Source of the DNA: a virus
Virus record (IMG/VR): IMGVR_UViG_3300017643_000011
Location: 1 to 45,908 of that record
Strand: one strand, 5' to 3'
DNA: 45,908 nucleotides
Made by a program: the position numbers and the translations under genes. The notes beneath the pieces were generated by a model, which saw only the letters and a program-made list of their open reading frames with translations, was not told the origin of the DNA and did no database searches. The first letter of the stretch is position 1. Each line of letters starts with the position of its first letter. Of the stretch, positions 15,549-24,799 are shown one piece after another.

Positions 15549-15833
15549 TCATGACCCGTCTCGTCCGCAGGGTCGTTTGCCGAACGCCCTCGCAAGGACG
15601 CATGTCTTGGCGGTTCCGGCGAGCGGGCAGCCGGACAGACGGGCCACGGGACAGTCCTCGGGACCATGAATCTTGCGCCCGCCGATCTTTCGGGCGAGGT
15701 AGTCGGCCTCGGCACTGAGGTGTTGTGGACTCGTGAGGGTTCTTCTGCTCATATCAGCCCCTGTCTGTTGAGTTCCGCCATCCTGCGGAACGTGCCCTAT
15801 GGCGTCGTGGTCGTACTCCCTAGGACGTGACAT
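15549..15833 (-). CDS. hypothetical protein
   Basis: 94-aa ORF. An alternative ATG at 15752 has a better SD. Confidence 0.4.
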   Translation of the reverse strand: MSRPREYDHDAIGHVPQDGGTQQTGADMSRRTLTSPQHLSAEADYLARKIGGRKIHGPEDCPVARLSGCPLAGTAKTCVLARAFGKRPCGRDGS

Positions 15834-16086
15834 CGGCGGACACCTCCTTCGGCTCGGCCAGATAGCAAAAGCCGTCTATATCAACGAAAACGTAGAATCC
15901 CTCTTCAATGTCGGATGATTCGAGACAAATTCCTCTACATCTCGTGTGCACCTTGTACTTTTGGCAGTCCCGACACCGTATGACGCGCTCTCCCAGCGGC
16001 CCGCATATGACAGGCTCCGAGTAGCGCGGGATGCGCTGGCCTACGGCGGGGACGACGTACTCCCGTGGCTCAGTGAGTGCGCTCAT
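15820..16086 (-). CDS. Cys-rich small protein
   Basis: 'CRDCQKY...CRGIC'. 88 aa. Confidence 0.5.
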   Translation of the reverse strand: MSALTEPREYVVPAVGQRIPRYSEPVICGPLGERVIRCRDCQKYKVHTRCRGICLESSDIEEGFYVFVDIDGFCYLAEPKEVSADVTS

Positions 16087-16331
16087 GATTGGTCACCTAC
16101 CCCGTTGTCAACTTCCAAGTCGAAGTGCGGGAGAAACGTCCGTGTGACCTTGATGGTGGCACCGCAATAAGGGCAGTCGCTAGAGTCAATCTCGTTGTCC
16201 CTGCCCCGGCCATCCCAGTCGAAGTCGTCTATGAAGACCTTGCGATGGCACGATGGGCATACCGCATTGTGGGTACTCCTGCTGGAATGTCGAAACCCGC
16301 TGACGTTCGCACTTCTGATGCTCACGCTCAT
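16083..16331 (-). CDS. zinc-ribbon protein
   Basis: 'CPSCH...CPYCG'. 82 aa. 4-nt overlaps on both sides. Confidence 0.55.
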   Translation of the reverse strand: MSVSIRSANVSGFRHSSRSTHNAVCPSCHRKVFIDDFDWDGRGRDNEIDSSDCPYCGATIKVTRTFLPHFDLEVDNGVGDQS

Positions 16332-16993
16332 GCCAGCCCACCTGCCCCGTCACGAAAGCCGGCGATGTATCCTCGCTTCGCGAAGATTCGCTTGTTGGCC
16401 TTGATAATTCTCATTGCCACAGGGGACAGATTGACCGAGGTGCCATCTTCGGTGATGGTCTTCGTGGGTCCGATGTCAGCGTCTCTGAGGATGTCCTCGA
16501 TGGTCTCGGACGGCTCAGGAGCGGCGTGCGTCCAGCGCGATGGTTCGCGGCCACCCACAACGCGAGGTGCGAGCACCCCATTGCCGTTGATGACGATGCC
16601 GATGACATTGCCGCTGCAATGGGTCTCAGGCGCGTCGTCCCAATAGATGGTATCTTCGATGGCCGTAGGCACCCCGTCCGCGTCCACCGGCAGAGGGATG
16701 GATGCGTCGAGCTTGGCTTTCAGGTCTCGAACCCTATGCTCCAGCTTCAAGATGTCGTCAGTCTGTTTGGACGCAAGTTTTTCCCGCTCACCAATCTTAG
16801 CGCGCAATGCAGTATTATCATCTTTCAAACCGTCTATCTCTTTCTGCTTGGCACGAAGCTCGTGGTCGAAACACTCGTCAATGTCATCGGCGATATATGT
16901 AAAATCGACCCTGTACTCGTAAATGGTGTCACGACGGTCTGCACTCTTGATCCGCTTCCGCAGCTCCTCGGTGATGCTATCTGTCTCGTTCAT
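16328..16993 (-). CDS. coiled-coil protein, unknown function
   Basis: 221 aa. The central region 'ELRAKQKEIDGLKDDNTALRAKIGEREKLASKQTDDILKLEHRVRDLKAKL' looks like a coiled coil. Confidence 0.6.
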   Translation of the reverse strand: MNETDSITEELRKRIKSADRRDTIYEYRVDFTYIADDIDECFDHELRAKQKEIDGLKDDNTALRAKIGEREKLASKQTDDILKLEHRVRDLKAKLDASIPLPVDADGVPTAIEDTIYWDDAPETHCSGNVIGIVINGNGVLAPRVVGGREPSRWTHAAPEPSETIEDILRDADIGPTKTITEDGTSVNLSPVAMRIIKANKRIFAKRGYIAGFRDGAGGLA

Positions 16994-17045
16994 CTTCTCC
17001 TAGCCTTTCTGAGCCGGTTTGCGGCCCTATGAGTCTGTCTGACGT

Positions 17046-17285
17046 TCATGCGATTTGCTCCTCCACCCTGAAGGCGAGCAGCCTCTGGCCCCGGTCCCGC
17101 CTCTGAGAGGCGGGGCTTGCCAACCACCTGATGGACGCAGCCTTGACGCCCCTTCTCCCGGCAAGCTCGTTCGCCGTGCCGACGTCCACGAAGTCCTCGC
17201 CCCTGTAGAGCGCGTATACGGCCGTCCGATCGGTCCTCCGCACGTGGTCCCGAGGCTCTTCGGCCGTCCTCTCGTGCCCGACCAT
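17046..17285 (-). CDS. hypothetical small protein (possible HTH)
   Basis: 79-aa ORF in the operon; 'GTANELAGRRGVKAASIRW'. Confidence 0.45.
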   Translation of the reverse strand: MVGHERTAEEPRDHVRRTDRTAVYALYRGEDFVDVGTANELAGRRGVKAASIRWLASPASQRRDRGQRLLAFRVEEQIA

Positions 17286-17287
17286 CG

Positions 17288-17482
17288 CTAGACCTCCTCG
17301 GTGAGGGCGTTGTATATGTGCGATGCCAGCTCCAGCACCGTGCCGCGGTCCTCCGCGCTGTCATCCACCAGCACCCGGGTGTCACCGTTCGGCGTGACCA
17401 TGCCGACGGCCACTATCCGACAGCCCCGGGACGCCTCGACGTCACCCACGTACAGGGTCATTCTTTGCAGGTCAGTGCTCAT
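17288..17482 (-). CDS. hypothetical small protein
   Basis: ATG 17482 (MSTDLQRMTLYVGD...). 64 aa. Confidence 0.45.
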   Translation of the reverse strand: MSTDLQRMTLYVGDVEASRGCRIVAVGMVTPNGDTRVLVDDSAEDRGTVLELASHIYNALTEEV

Positions 17483-17933
17483 GATTTCTCCTTTGATTCC
17501 TTGGTCTGGGGTGCGCCGCACGCTCGTGTCTCTCCCGCTCGCATCTCGCCATGTCGGCGTAGGACTCCCCGCCGTGGGCCATAACCTGGAAGGCAAGCTC
17601 CCCGAGGTGCGTGAGCGTCCAGCGTCCGTCCGTGTCCCTCTCGATGTACGAGGGCATCGTGCAGAGCAATGCCTCGACGCACTCAAGTGGGATGCCAGCA
17701 CCGAAGCTCCTTTCCAGTCGCTGTCGTGTCGGCCACGTGTCGAAGGGTCTCTCGCCGTTCGCCCACCAGTCCTCACGGAAGGTACGCAGAATCTGCCGCT
17801 GGCCCACCGTGAGGTCATGTACGTCGATCCTCCGGGTCTCGATGGCCGCGGCCTCCGTCGGGGTGAGAGGCCGCCCCGCGTTGGTCTTGTAGCTGTTGCC
17901 CTCGGAGAACCAGGTGCCGCGCCTATCTGTCAT
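17472..17933 (-). CDS. hypothetical protein
   Basis: 153-aa ORF overlapping the primase-polymerase stop by 11 nt. Confidence 0.55.
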   Translation of the reverse strand: MTDRRGTWFSEGNSYKTNAGRPLTPTEAAAIETRRIDVHDLTVGQRQILRTFREDWWANGERPFDTWPTRQRLERSFGAGIPLECVEALLCTMPSYIERDTDGRWTLTHLGELAFQVMAHGGESYADMARCERERHERAAHPRPRNQRRNHEH

Positions 17934-18726
17934 ATCGGCTCACCGTCCTCGCTATCCGCTCTATCTCCCTGTCCGGGAGGGGTGGCCTGCACGCCTCGCG
18001 GTTGGCGCGGCGAAGCTCGGCCAGCAACCCCTCGTAGGGCCGACCGGCGCTCCTGAGGGACCCGGCGAGGCTCACCATCGTGGTGTGCCTTCCGCCCGAC
18101 TCGACGGGCGGGTAGGCGGGGCGCAGCCTCCCCGGCGTCCAGACGGGGTGCCACGACGTGCCCCGGTCGTCCGGGACACGTCCGGCCTCGGTCCCCGCCA
18201 GCTCGCGGAGCCAGGCCTCGTCCCGGCCCGTCATGACGCCCGAGAGCGGCTCGTGCGCGTTGCACCGCACGCTCCGCCCCGTCACGATGAAGTACCGTTC
18301 CGTGTCGTAGGCCTCGACGCCGTTGGCCTTGATGGCACCGTCCCCCAGCCTTCCCCTGAGGTAGAGGTGCAGCCCGTGCCCGCTGCGGCTGACCTCGGCG
18401 TAAGTCTTCGGGAAACGTTCGAGCACGAGCCGTGCCCTCTCGGTCACCTCGCCCTCGTCGGTGAGGCAGCCGTCGAGGTCGACCCCGACGATGCCCGAGC
18501 GGTCGAACACGAAGCCCGGGTAGTCGTAGGGTCCCTCCTCGACGGCCTGTAGCGCCTCCTCGAACGTGCCCCAGGTGAGCCGCTCGGTGGTCGATGCCGG
18601 ACGGTGCTCGAATGCCCGCCACGGCCGCTTGGAGTCCTCCTCGTCCCCTCCCCGCCCCGGGGCGTAGGCGCACACCCAGGTGTCCCTCTCAGCGAGGTCG
18701 GAAGGGACGGCGTATTCCCGCGTCAT
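17923..18726 (-). CDS. AEP-type primase-polymerase with PriCT-like C-terminus
   Basis: 'VGVDLDGC' (DxD) and 'SRSGHGLHLY' AEP motifs. C-terminal 'GRHTTMVSLAGSLRSAGRPYE...IERIARTVSRY'. Confidence 0.8.
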   Translation of the reverse strand: MTREYAVPSDLAERDTWVCAYAPGRGGDEEDSKRPWRAFEHRPASTTERLTWGTFEEALQAVEEGPYDYPGFVFDRSGIVGVDLDGCLTDEGEVTERARLVLERFPKTYAEVSRSGHGLHLYLRGRLGDGAIKANGVEAYDTERYFIVTGRSVRCNAHEPLSGVMTGRDEAWLRELAGTEAGRVPDDRGTSWHPVWTPGRLRPAYPPVESGGRHTTMVSLAGSLRSAGRPYEGLLAELRRANREACRPPLPDREIERIARTVSRYDR

Positions 18727-19009
18727 GCTGCACCCCCTCCATGAAGTACCGGAAGCCCTCGAACGTGTCGACGCACGCCCACGAGCCGCCCGCCGCCACG
18801 ATGCGCTTCGACCATATGCGCTGGGCCGCCGACATTCGGCCGCCCGGCACCTTGAGTTCGACGGCCCAGAAGCGGCCGTCCAGGCATCCCACGAGGTCGG
18901 GGAAGCCCTTCGCCGTCCATCCGCCGCCGTGCACGTTGAGCACGAGGGCACCCGCGAAGGTGCCCTCGTACCAGTCGATGCACGTGGCCTGTAGGTCACG
19001 CTCGTGCAT
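18689..19009 (-). CDS. VRR-NUC domain nuclease
   Basis: 'GFPDLVGC...WAVELKVPGGRMSAAQ' PD-(D/E)XK pattern. ATGA overlap at 19009. Confidence 0.7.
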   Translation of the reverse strand: MHERDLQATCIDWYEGTFAGALVLNVHGGGWTAKGFPDLVGCLDGRFWAVELKVPGGRMSAAQRIWSKRIVAAGGSWACVDTFEGFRYFMEGVQHDAGIRRPFRPR

Positions 19010-19509
19010 CAGAGGTCGGCCAGCATGGCGTCGAGGTCGTCGTCCTCGTCCTCGGCCGGCTGCGCGGGTTCGGTCTCGGCCTCGGGCTGGGGGGCGCTCG
19101 CCGCGGCCCAAGCGGCAGCCACCTCCTCGTCCAAGCCGAGGGCCTCGATGTTCGCGTATCGGGCGTTCTTGTAGACCTTGCCCGGCTCCTTGGTCGACGG
19201 GACCGCCTTGATCTCGATGTCCGCCTCGAAGCGACGGCCCACGAGGTCATCAAGTTCGATGTCCTCCGACGCCCAGTTGTCGTCCATCACGCGGTGCACG
19301 AACGCCGAGAAGGCCTGGTTCGCGCCGTCGTTGGGCTGCCCGTTGTTCTTGAGCAGGTGGTACGTCTCGGTCTGGTAGTCGCCCTCCTCGGTGCGGCTCT
19401 TCACCTCGATCTTCTTGAATGTGTCCTCCCCCGACACCGCGACGATGGTGAACGTGTAGTGCCCCTCGGGGAGCGAGGCGAACTGGCCCTTGGCAAGTGT
19501 GACCTTCAT
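19009..19509 (-). CDS. putative ssDNA-binding protein (DUF669-like) with acidic C-terminal tail
   Basis: 166 aa ending in '...EDEDDDLDAMLADL'. Lies between the exonuclease and VRR-NUC genes. Confidence 0.45.
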   Translation of the reverse strand: MKVTLAKGQFASLPEGHYTFTIVAVSGEDTFKKIEVKSRTEEGDYQTETYHLLKNNGQPNDGANQAFSAFVHRVMDDNWASEDIELDDLVGRRFEADIEIKAVPSTKEPGKVYKNARYANIEALGLDEEVAAAWAAASAPQPEAETEPAQPAEDEDDDLDAMLADL

Positions 19510-20558
19510 TACTGGTTGTCCTCTCGGTTGGAAGTGGTGAGTCGGATGGACTCGCTCGTCTTGCAGAACTCCTGGTAGGTCCTGGGGTCGGCCTTCTTGA
19601 AGGCTGTGCCGTCGAACCTCGTGCTCTCTGTGCGGGAGAGCCTCCACACGAGTGTCTCCCCCGCGTACTCGGCCTTGGTATCACCCTCACCCATGCTCTC
19701 GGCGAGGGCGGTCTTGATGGCGTCCTTGAGGCCCGCGAGCCGCTCCTCCTTGGGGGCAAGCTCGGCCCCGAGGGCCTCGGCCTCGGCAACGAGTCCGGCT
19801 ATCCCCGTGTCGGCGGACGGGATGGCCGTGCGGAGGGCGTCGAGGTACTCCTTGTCGGTGCGCTCGTCGTAGTCGGGTGATTTGCCCGCCATGACGTGCT
19901 CGAACCACCAATCGCGTACCTGACCCATCCATATCTCGAAGTCCGGATACCTCTCGGCCATGGAGAACTCGACGGTGATGGTGTTGTCGCTTGAAATCGC
20001 CACGTCGGCCGGGTGCTCGTAGTCCTCGTCCTTGAGGAACGTGCAGACCATCACCACGTCATCGACGTGGAGGAGCGCGGCGTAGAGCGCGGCCTGCTCG
20101 GCGTAGTACTCGGGAACGCCGTCCTCCCAGTCCTCGGCGCGCTTCGTGGTCTTGCACTCGATGACCGTCTGGGGCACCCTGTCCTCGTCCACCACGAGGT
20201 AGTCCCACATGCCCCCGAAGATCGCATCGTCGGGGAAGAAGTCCCACCCGGCGTTGCGCGCCGGGTCGGGGCCGCCGTAGACGTCCTCGGGACGCAGGAG
20301 CGAGGACCCCAGGCCCATCGTCCCCTGCAACCAGTCGGCCTGGTGAGGCTCGATGGCCCGTCCCGCGACCGTGTAGATGGTGTCCTCGAATGGCGGCTTG
20401 TAGGTCCTCGTGACCTCGCACCACGCCTGGAAGGGGCTGCTCCAGCGGTTCAGGCCCCGCACCGCGGCGAACCGTGTGCCCGTGAGCTTGAGGGGTCGCC
20501 TCGGCTGCGCGACCTCGAGGTGCCGGTCGACCCATTTTCCCTTTGGCATACTACGCAT
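19509..20558 (-). CDS. YqaJ/lambda-Exo-like PD-(D/E)XK recombination exonuclease
   Basis: 'MWDYLVVDE...VIECKTTK' catalytic pattern. Adjacent to the Erf domain. Confidence 0.75.
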   Translation of the reverse strand: MRSMPKGKWVDRHLEVAQPRRPLKLTGTRFAAVRGLNRWSSPFQAWCEVTRTYKPPFEDTIYTVAGRAIEPHQADWLQGTMGLGSSLLRPEDVYGGPDPARNAGWDFFPDDAIFGGMWDYLVVDEDRVPQTVIECKTTKRAEDWEDGVPEYYAEQAALYAALLHVDDVVMVCTFLKDEDYEHPADVAISSDNTITVEFSMAERYPDFEIWMGQVRDWWFEHVMAGKSPDYDERTDKEYLDALRTAIPSADTGIAGLVAEAEALGAELAPKEERLAGLKDAIKTALAESMGEGDTKAEYAGETLVWRLSRTESTRFDGTAFKKADPRTYQEFCKTSESIRLTTSNREDNQ

Positions 20559-21414
20559 CCATCCTCTCGGTGACGGCCGCGATAAGCGTCTCGACGGTCT
20601 TGGTCGTGCCCGTGGTGAACTTCTCGGTCTTGTCCATGCAGAGCTTGGCGAGCTTGGTGGCCTTCTCGTCGTCGGGCTTGGCCTTGTGGAGCGCGGCCAC
20701 GTTCCTCTTGAGGCTGTTCAGGAGGAGCTTCGGGGCGGCGTTCCCCTCCGTCTGGGCGTCGGCGCTCGCCTTACGCTCGGTGGGCGTCGCGGGGGCCTTG
20801 TGGGACCTCTGGGCCGCGACGGGTGCCGCGACCGCCTTGGCGGGCGTCTCGCCCGTGCCCTGCCCCGCCTTCGGGTTGCCGATGTTGGAATCGATGGCGT
20901 CGGCCTCCACGAGGTCGAGGGCGATCATCCAGAAGTAGCGACGGTAGTAGGTGATGCTCGACCCCGCCGCCTGGCAGGGGTTCGTGGCGTTCTTGCCCGC
21001 GTTCGAGACGATGACGTCCATCGGGTCGTACGCCCCTTGGAACGCGATCCTCTCGGACGGCTCGTCCGCGTTCACGACCTCGAAGCCGTAGTTCTTCGGG
21101 GATTCCTTCGAGTAGGTGTATCCGAGGTTGGTGACGACCAGCACGAGGCCGAGGTCCTGGAACGTCTCCTCGGCCACGGGAACGATGTCCTCGAGCGAGT
21201 AGTAGGTGAACTCCAGGAACATGTTCTTGCCCGTCTTCTTGATGCCCTTGTGGAGCACCGTCGTTCGTGCGAGGGCGAGCTTCTGGTACACGTTGAGGTC
21301 ATGGGGGTTGGTGACGGCCTCGGTCTCGACCTTCTTGGTCGCTGTTCGCTTGCGTGGGGCGGTCTTGGGGGCCGTCTCGTTCTCTGTGGTTTCATTCTTG
21401 ATTGTCTCGGTCAT
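20551..21414 (-). CDS. possible independently translated Erf-family annealase (internal start)
   Basis: In-frame ATG at 21414 preceded by GAAGGAGAAGGAC (strong SD), exactly at the polymerase/Erf boundary. Confidence 0.4.
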   Translation of the reverse strand: MTETIKNETTENETAPKTAPRKRTATKKVETEAVTNPHDLNVYQKLALARTTVLHKGIKKTGKNMFLEFTYYSLEDIVPVAEETFQDLGLVLVVTNLGYTYSKESPKNYGFEVVNADEPSERIAFQGAYDPMDVIVSNAGKNATNPCQAAGSSITYYRRYFWMIALDLVEADAIDSNIGNPKAGQGTGETPAKAVAAPVAAQRSHKAPATPTERKASADAQTEGNAAPKLLLNSLKRNVAALHKAKPDDEKATKLAKLCMDKTEKFTTGTTKTVETLIAAVTERMDA

Positions 21415-23250
21415 GTCCTTCTCCTTCGCTGGCAGAAACTCGGCCACCCGTCTTTCGGCGAGTGCCACGTACCATGCCTTGTCGATGTCTTTGATGTCGG
21501 GGTTCTTCTCGTTGGCTACGAGACAGTGCTCGGGGAGGCTCGCTATCTTGGCGACTCCGCCCGTCTCGGCCTTGACCTTGTAGAGCGTGCCGAGGCCGTC
21601 ATACGTGGTGGCGAACACCCGGTTGCACTGTTGTCTGTCAACCTCGTCGTACACGTCCCGTCCCACCAGCTGGTAGACGCGGCTGTACTTGTGCGAGGCC
21701 TTGGCCGTGATCTGGTAGTCGGTGGGGTCGTCGTCCGCCGCCACGGTCTCGGAGGGCGGCGTCCCGTCGAGGATGGCGTGATGTATCGCCTCGGCGACCA
21801 CCCTGGCGTCGTTGGAGACGCCCCAGCCCCCGCCGCTCTTGACGCCACGAGCGAGGGTGCCGCCCTTGGTCTTGTCATGACCGTCGGTGAAGCGGGCGGC
21901 GTAGTTGTTCACGTCGCGCTGGGCCACCTTGGACAAATCGTCGCGTTCGAGCACGAGACCCGTCGCGTCCATCCACTCGCGGATGATGTCGTTCGTGGCC
22001 TCGGCGTCGGTCTTGGCTACGCGGAACATGATGCCGTCCGTGTTGAGCTGGATCAATTCGAGGCTCGGGGTGTCTCGCACCAGTCGGCAGGCGAGTCCCA
22101 GCATCACGACCTGGCCGCTCACGCACACCGAGCGGGCCATGCGAGGGTCGTACAACTTCGAGAACCTCTGGCGCATGACGCCGTATGTCGTGTTGAGCAC
22201 CAGCTTGAGGGCGTCGCTCAGGGCCTTGTCACCCGTGCGCTTGGCTTCGAGCCTTGCGTGGTAGGTGTCCTCGTAGCGTTTTGGTTCGGGGCAGTGACGG
22301 CTCATGAGGCCGTACCCGATGATCAGGGACGGGTACAGGCTTGCCACGTCCCAGTTGGCTATCACGTGCTCCGAGTCTGTCTCCCACATGGACCTCGGCA
22401 CCGCGCCGTGGATTCCCCCGAACGCAAGGGTCACAGGACAGCCGCCCACGTTCAGGTCGAGACTTGACGAGAACAGCTCGTCGTATGCCACGTTCGGGTC
22501 CTTGCCACGTCCGAAGAACGCCGCAGCAGCATCAGGTATCGGGAACGAGTCGAGCAGGGGCCACGTGTAGTCGCGTTCGTCGGCCTCTCGCTCCTCCGTC
22601 GTGCCCTCCGCGTCGGCGCGCAGGTACTCGGCGGTGAGCCTCCCGTTGGTCATGCCCAGGGCCTTCCACCCCTCCAGCCCCGCCATCGTGCCCAGCCGCG
22701 TCTTGGTCTCCAGGTAGTCCTTGCGCAGCACCGCGAGCCTGGCCGTGGACTCCACGTCATAGGCGCAGTAGCGCAGGACCTCCGCCATCTCGGCGTCCGT
22801 GAGGGCGCGGTCGATGTCGAACGGCACCGTGGACTCCCGGATGGGCCAGCCCATCTGCGACTCCACCGACTTGAGGCTCGTGCCCATCATGGTGTCGTCC
22901 ATGAGGTCGGTGTCGGGGTACCAGTACCTCTGGCCCCCGAACCCGGGCCAGTCCCAGTAGTTGTTCCCGTCCTTGATGATGAAGTCGTTCAGGTCGTGGG
23001 CCTCCTCGGGCGACGCCCCGAGGCAGAGGGCCGAGACGATGCCCCGGTCGTAGTGCTTGGAGTTGAACCCTGCTAGTGTATGGTCCTGTTTGATGACTCC
23101 CATGAAGTCGAGTAGGTCTTGGTTCTGGCCCGTCTGGAAGCCCCACGTGCGAGGCTCGCCCTCGGGTGGTGCGACCTCCCGGAAGCACACGCACCAGTCG
23201 TGCCGAAAGCACTCGCAGTCGTAGGCGACGAGGCCCCCTAGTCCTCCCAT
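20551..23250 (-). CDS. family B DNA polymerase fused in frame to an Erf-family single-strand annealing protein
   Basis: Exo motifs 'AYDCE', 'NSKHYD', 'YCAYDVEST'. Pol motifs A 'DVASLYPSLI', B 'KLVLNTTYG', C 'QLNTDGIMF'. The C-terminal ~290 aa show an Erf signature ('LNVYQKL...FTYYSLEDIVP...QAAGSSITYYRRY'). No stop codon separates the two parts. Confidence 0.8.
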   Translation of the reverse strand: MGGLGGLVAYDCECFRHDWCVCFREVAPPEGEPRTWGFQTGQNQDLLDFMGVIKQDHTLAGFNSKHYDRGIVSALCLGASPEEAHDLNDFIIKDGNNYWDWPGFGGQRYWYPDTDLMDDTMMGTSLKSVESQMGWPIRESTVPFDIDRALTDAEMAEVLRYCAYDVESTARLAVLRKDYLETKTRLGTMAGLEGWKALGMTNGRLTAEYLRADAEGTTEEREADERDYTWPLLDSFPIPDAAAAFFGRGKDPNVAYDELFSSSLDLNVGGCPVTLAFGGIHGAVPRSMWETDSEHVIANWDVASLYPSLIIGYGLMSRHCPEPKRYEDTYHARLEAKRTGDKALSDALKLVLNTTYGVMRQRFSKLYDPRMARSVCVSGQVVMLGLACRLVRDTPSLELIQLNTDGIMFRVAKTDAEATNDIIREWMDATGLVLERDDLSKVAQRDVNNYAARFTDGHDKTKGGTLARGVKSGGGWGVSNDARVVAEAIHHAILDGTPPSETVAADDDPTDYQITAKASHKYSRVYQLVGRDVYDEVDRQQCNRVFATTYDGLGTLYKVKAETGGVAKIASLPEHCLVANEKNPDIKDIDKAWYVALAERRVAEFLPAKEKDMTETIKNETTENETAPKTAPRKRTATKKVETEAVTNPHDLNVYQKLALARTTVLHKGIKKTGKNMFLEFTYYSLEDIVPVAEETFQDLGLVLVVTNLGYTYSKESPKNYGFEVVNADEPSERIAFQGAYDPMDVIVSNAGKNATNPCQAAGSSITYYRRYFWMIALDLVEADAIDSNIGNPKAGQGTGETPAKAVAAPVAAQRSHKAPATPTERKASADAQTEGNAAPKLLLNSLKRNVAALHKAKPDDEKATKLAKLCMDKTEKFTTGTTKTVETLIAAVTERMDA

Positions 23251-23459
23251 AGGACCGCCGCCCCGCAGCACTCGCCGCCGAGTTCCGTGAGGCCCATCGT
23301 GGCACCGAAGGCACCGTCGCACATCCCGAGGTCGGAGACTATCGTCCGGGCGGCGTCGGCCCCCACGTGGTCCGCCAGAAGGCGCTCGTCCTCGGTGCCG
23401 AACGGCACGCAGTGGTTGCAGTCCCCGCAGCAGCCAGGCTGCCGCTTCATACGTCTCAT
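23238..23459 (-). CDS. Cys-rich small protein
   Basis: ATGA overlap with the SNF2 stop. 'CCGDCNHC...C...CC'. 73 aa. Confidence 0.5.
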   Translation of the reverse strand: MRRMKRQPGCCGDCNHCVPFGTEDERLLADHVGADAARTIVSDLGMCDGAFGATMGLTELGGECCGAAVLWED

Positions 23460-24799
23460 TTCCATTCTCCCTTCGCGCATTCCTCCATGTGCTGCTCGAA
23501 GAAGCTCACCGAGAAGTCCTGGTAGCCCCGCAGGGCCTTGTATATGGACTCCTCTATCGAGCCTGCGCACATGAGGTACAGGTATGAGCAGGCCGATCCC
23601 TGGCCTATACGATGGATTCGGTCCCGGGCCTGCTGGTTGAGGTTGCTTGACAACGTCGGTTCGTAGAAGAGGCACGTCGAGGCCGCCGTGAGGTCGATGC
23701 CCGCGCCGCCGCTCTGGTACTGGCAGACGATGCCACGAACGTCGGGCATGTGCTGGAACAGCTCCCAGCAGCCCTTGTCGGTGGTCCGTCCGTCGAGGAT
23801 GATGGGGTTCATGTGCGCCTTGGTCATGGCATCTGCCACGACATCCACGCTGTGGCGGAAGTCGCAGAAGACCACGAGCTTCCCGTCGAAGTCCTTGAGG
23901 AACTCTCTGAGCCATGTGGCCTTCGGGTCCTTGAGGCCTGTTACCGTCCCATCCTGCGTGACGAAGCCCGAGCATATCTGCCTGAGTGCGAGCAGCCTCG
24001 TGAGACTGTTCTCGCACAGGATGTCATGCTCCACGTCCGCGCTCTCGCGGGCGATGTTCCGGTAGAGCCTCGTCTCACCGTCCGGCACCCTCAGAATCTC
24101 GTCCGGGAGCACCTCAGGCAGGTCGAGGCATTCGGCCTTGGTGATGCGGTAGGCGTGCTCCCCCACAATCTTCTGTATGGTGGACACGTCCCGGTATCCG
24201 TAGGGCTTGTGCCATTGGTCGAGACGGGCGAAGCGGTTCAACCACTCGTAGTAGCCACCACGTCCCGTATATGGCTCCCATATGTTCGAGAGCGTCAATC
24301 CCTCGCGGGAACCGGGCCTCGGGTCGAGGAAGCAAAGTTCGCTCCATAGGTTGGATAGCTGTCCGTTGGAGGTCGGCGTCCCGGTAAGGAGGTATTTCAA
24401 GTCAGCGTCGCACGCCATGACACGGGCACGTTTCGACCGTTTCGCCGTGGCCGACTTGATGTAGTGGCCCTCGTCAAGCACGAGCATGTCCCAATGACGC
24501 GAGAACCCCGGACGTGCGGACATCTCGTAGCTCGTCACCGTCAGATGGGATCGGAGCGTCTCCTGGTCCCGGGGGTCGAAGTAGTCACTGATCTTCGAGA
24601 GCCACCCGGCGCACACTGCGGCGGGGGCCACCACGAGGCATTCGCCTCCCCGGCGCGCCACGTCCAGGGCGCGCATCAGGGTCGGGAGCGTCTTGCCCGT
24701 CCCCATCTCGGCGAACAGGGCGAGGCCCTCGTTGGCCCGCATGAGGCCGAGCATCGTCCTCTGGTGCTGGTAGAGGTCAACCTTGGGCGACATCCCCAC
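23456..24799 (-). CDS. SNF2-family DNA helicase/translocase
   Basis: 'FAEMGTGKT' (motif I), 'LVLDEGHYIK' (motif II), 'LLTGTP', 'QARDRIHRIGQ' (motif VI). Confidence 0.85.
   Translation of the reverse strand: MGMSPKVDLYQHQRTMLGLMRANEGLALFAEMGTGKTLPTLMRALDVARRGGECLVVAPAAVCAGWLSKISDYFDPRDQETLRSHLTVTSYEMSARPGFSRHWDMLVLDEGHYIKSATAKRSKRARVMACDADLKYLLTGTPTSNGQLSNLWSELCFLDPRPGSREGLTLSNIWEPYTGRGGYYEWLNRFARLDQWHKPYGYRDVSTIQKIVGEHAYRITKAECLDLPEVLPDEILRVPDGETRLYRNIARESADVEHDILCENSLTRLLALRQICSGFVTQDGTVTGLKDPKATWLREFLKDFDGKLVVFCDFRHSVDVVADAMTKAHMNPIILDGRTTDKGCWELFQHMPDVRGIVCQYQSGGAGIDLTAASTCLFYEPTLSSNLNQQARDRIHRIGQGSACSYLYLMCAGSIEESIYKALRGYQDFSVSFFEQHMEECAKGEWK

Noticed and set aside
20410-22467. 685-aa plus-strand ORF antisense to the PolB-Erf gene
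   Set aside because: The minus-strand frame carries the complete set of polymerase and Erf motifs. The plus-strand product is Arg/Gly/Leu-rich with no recognisable motif.
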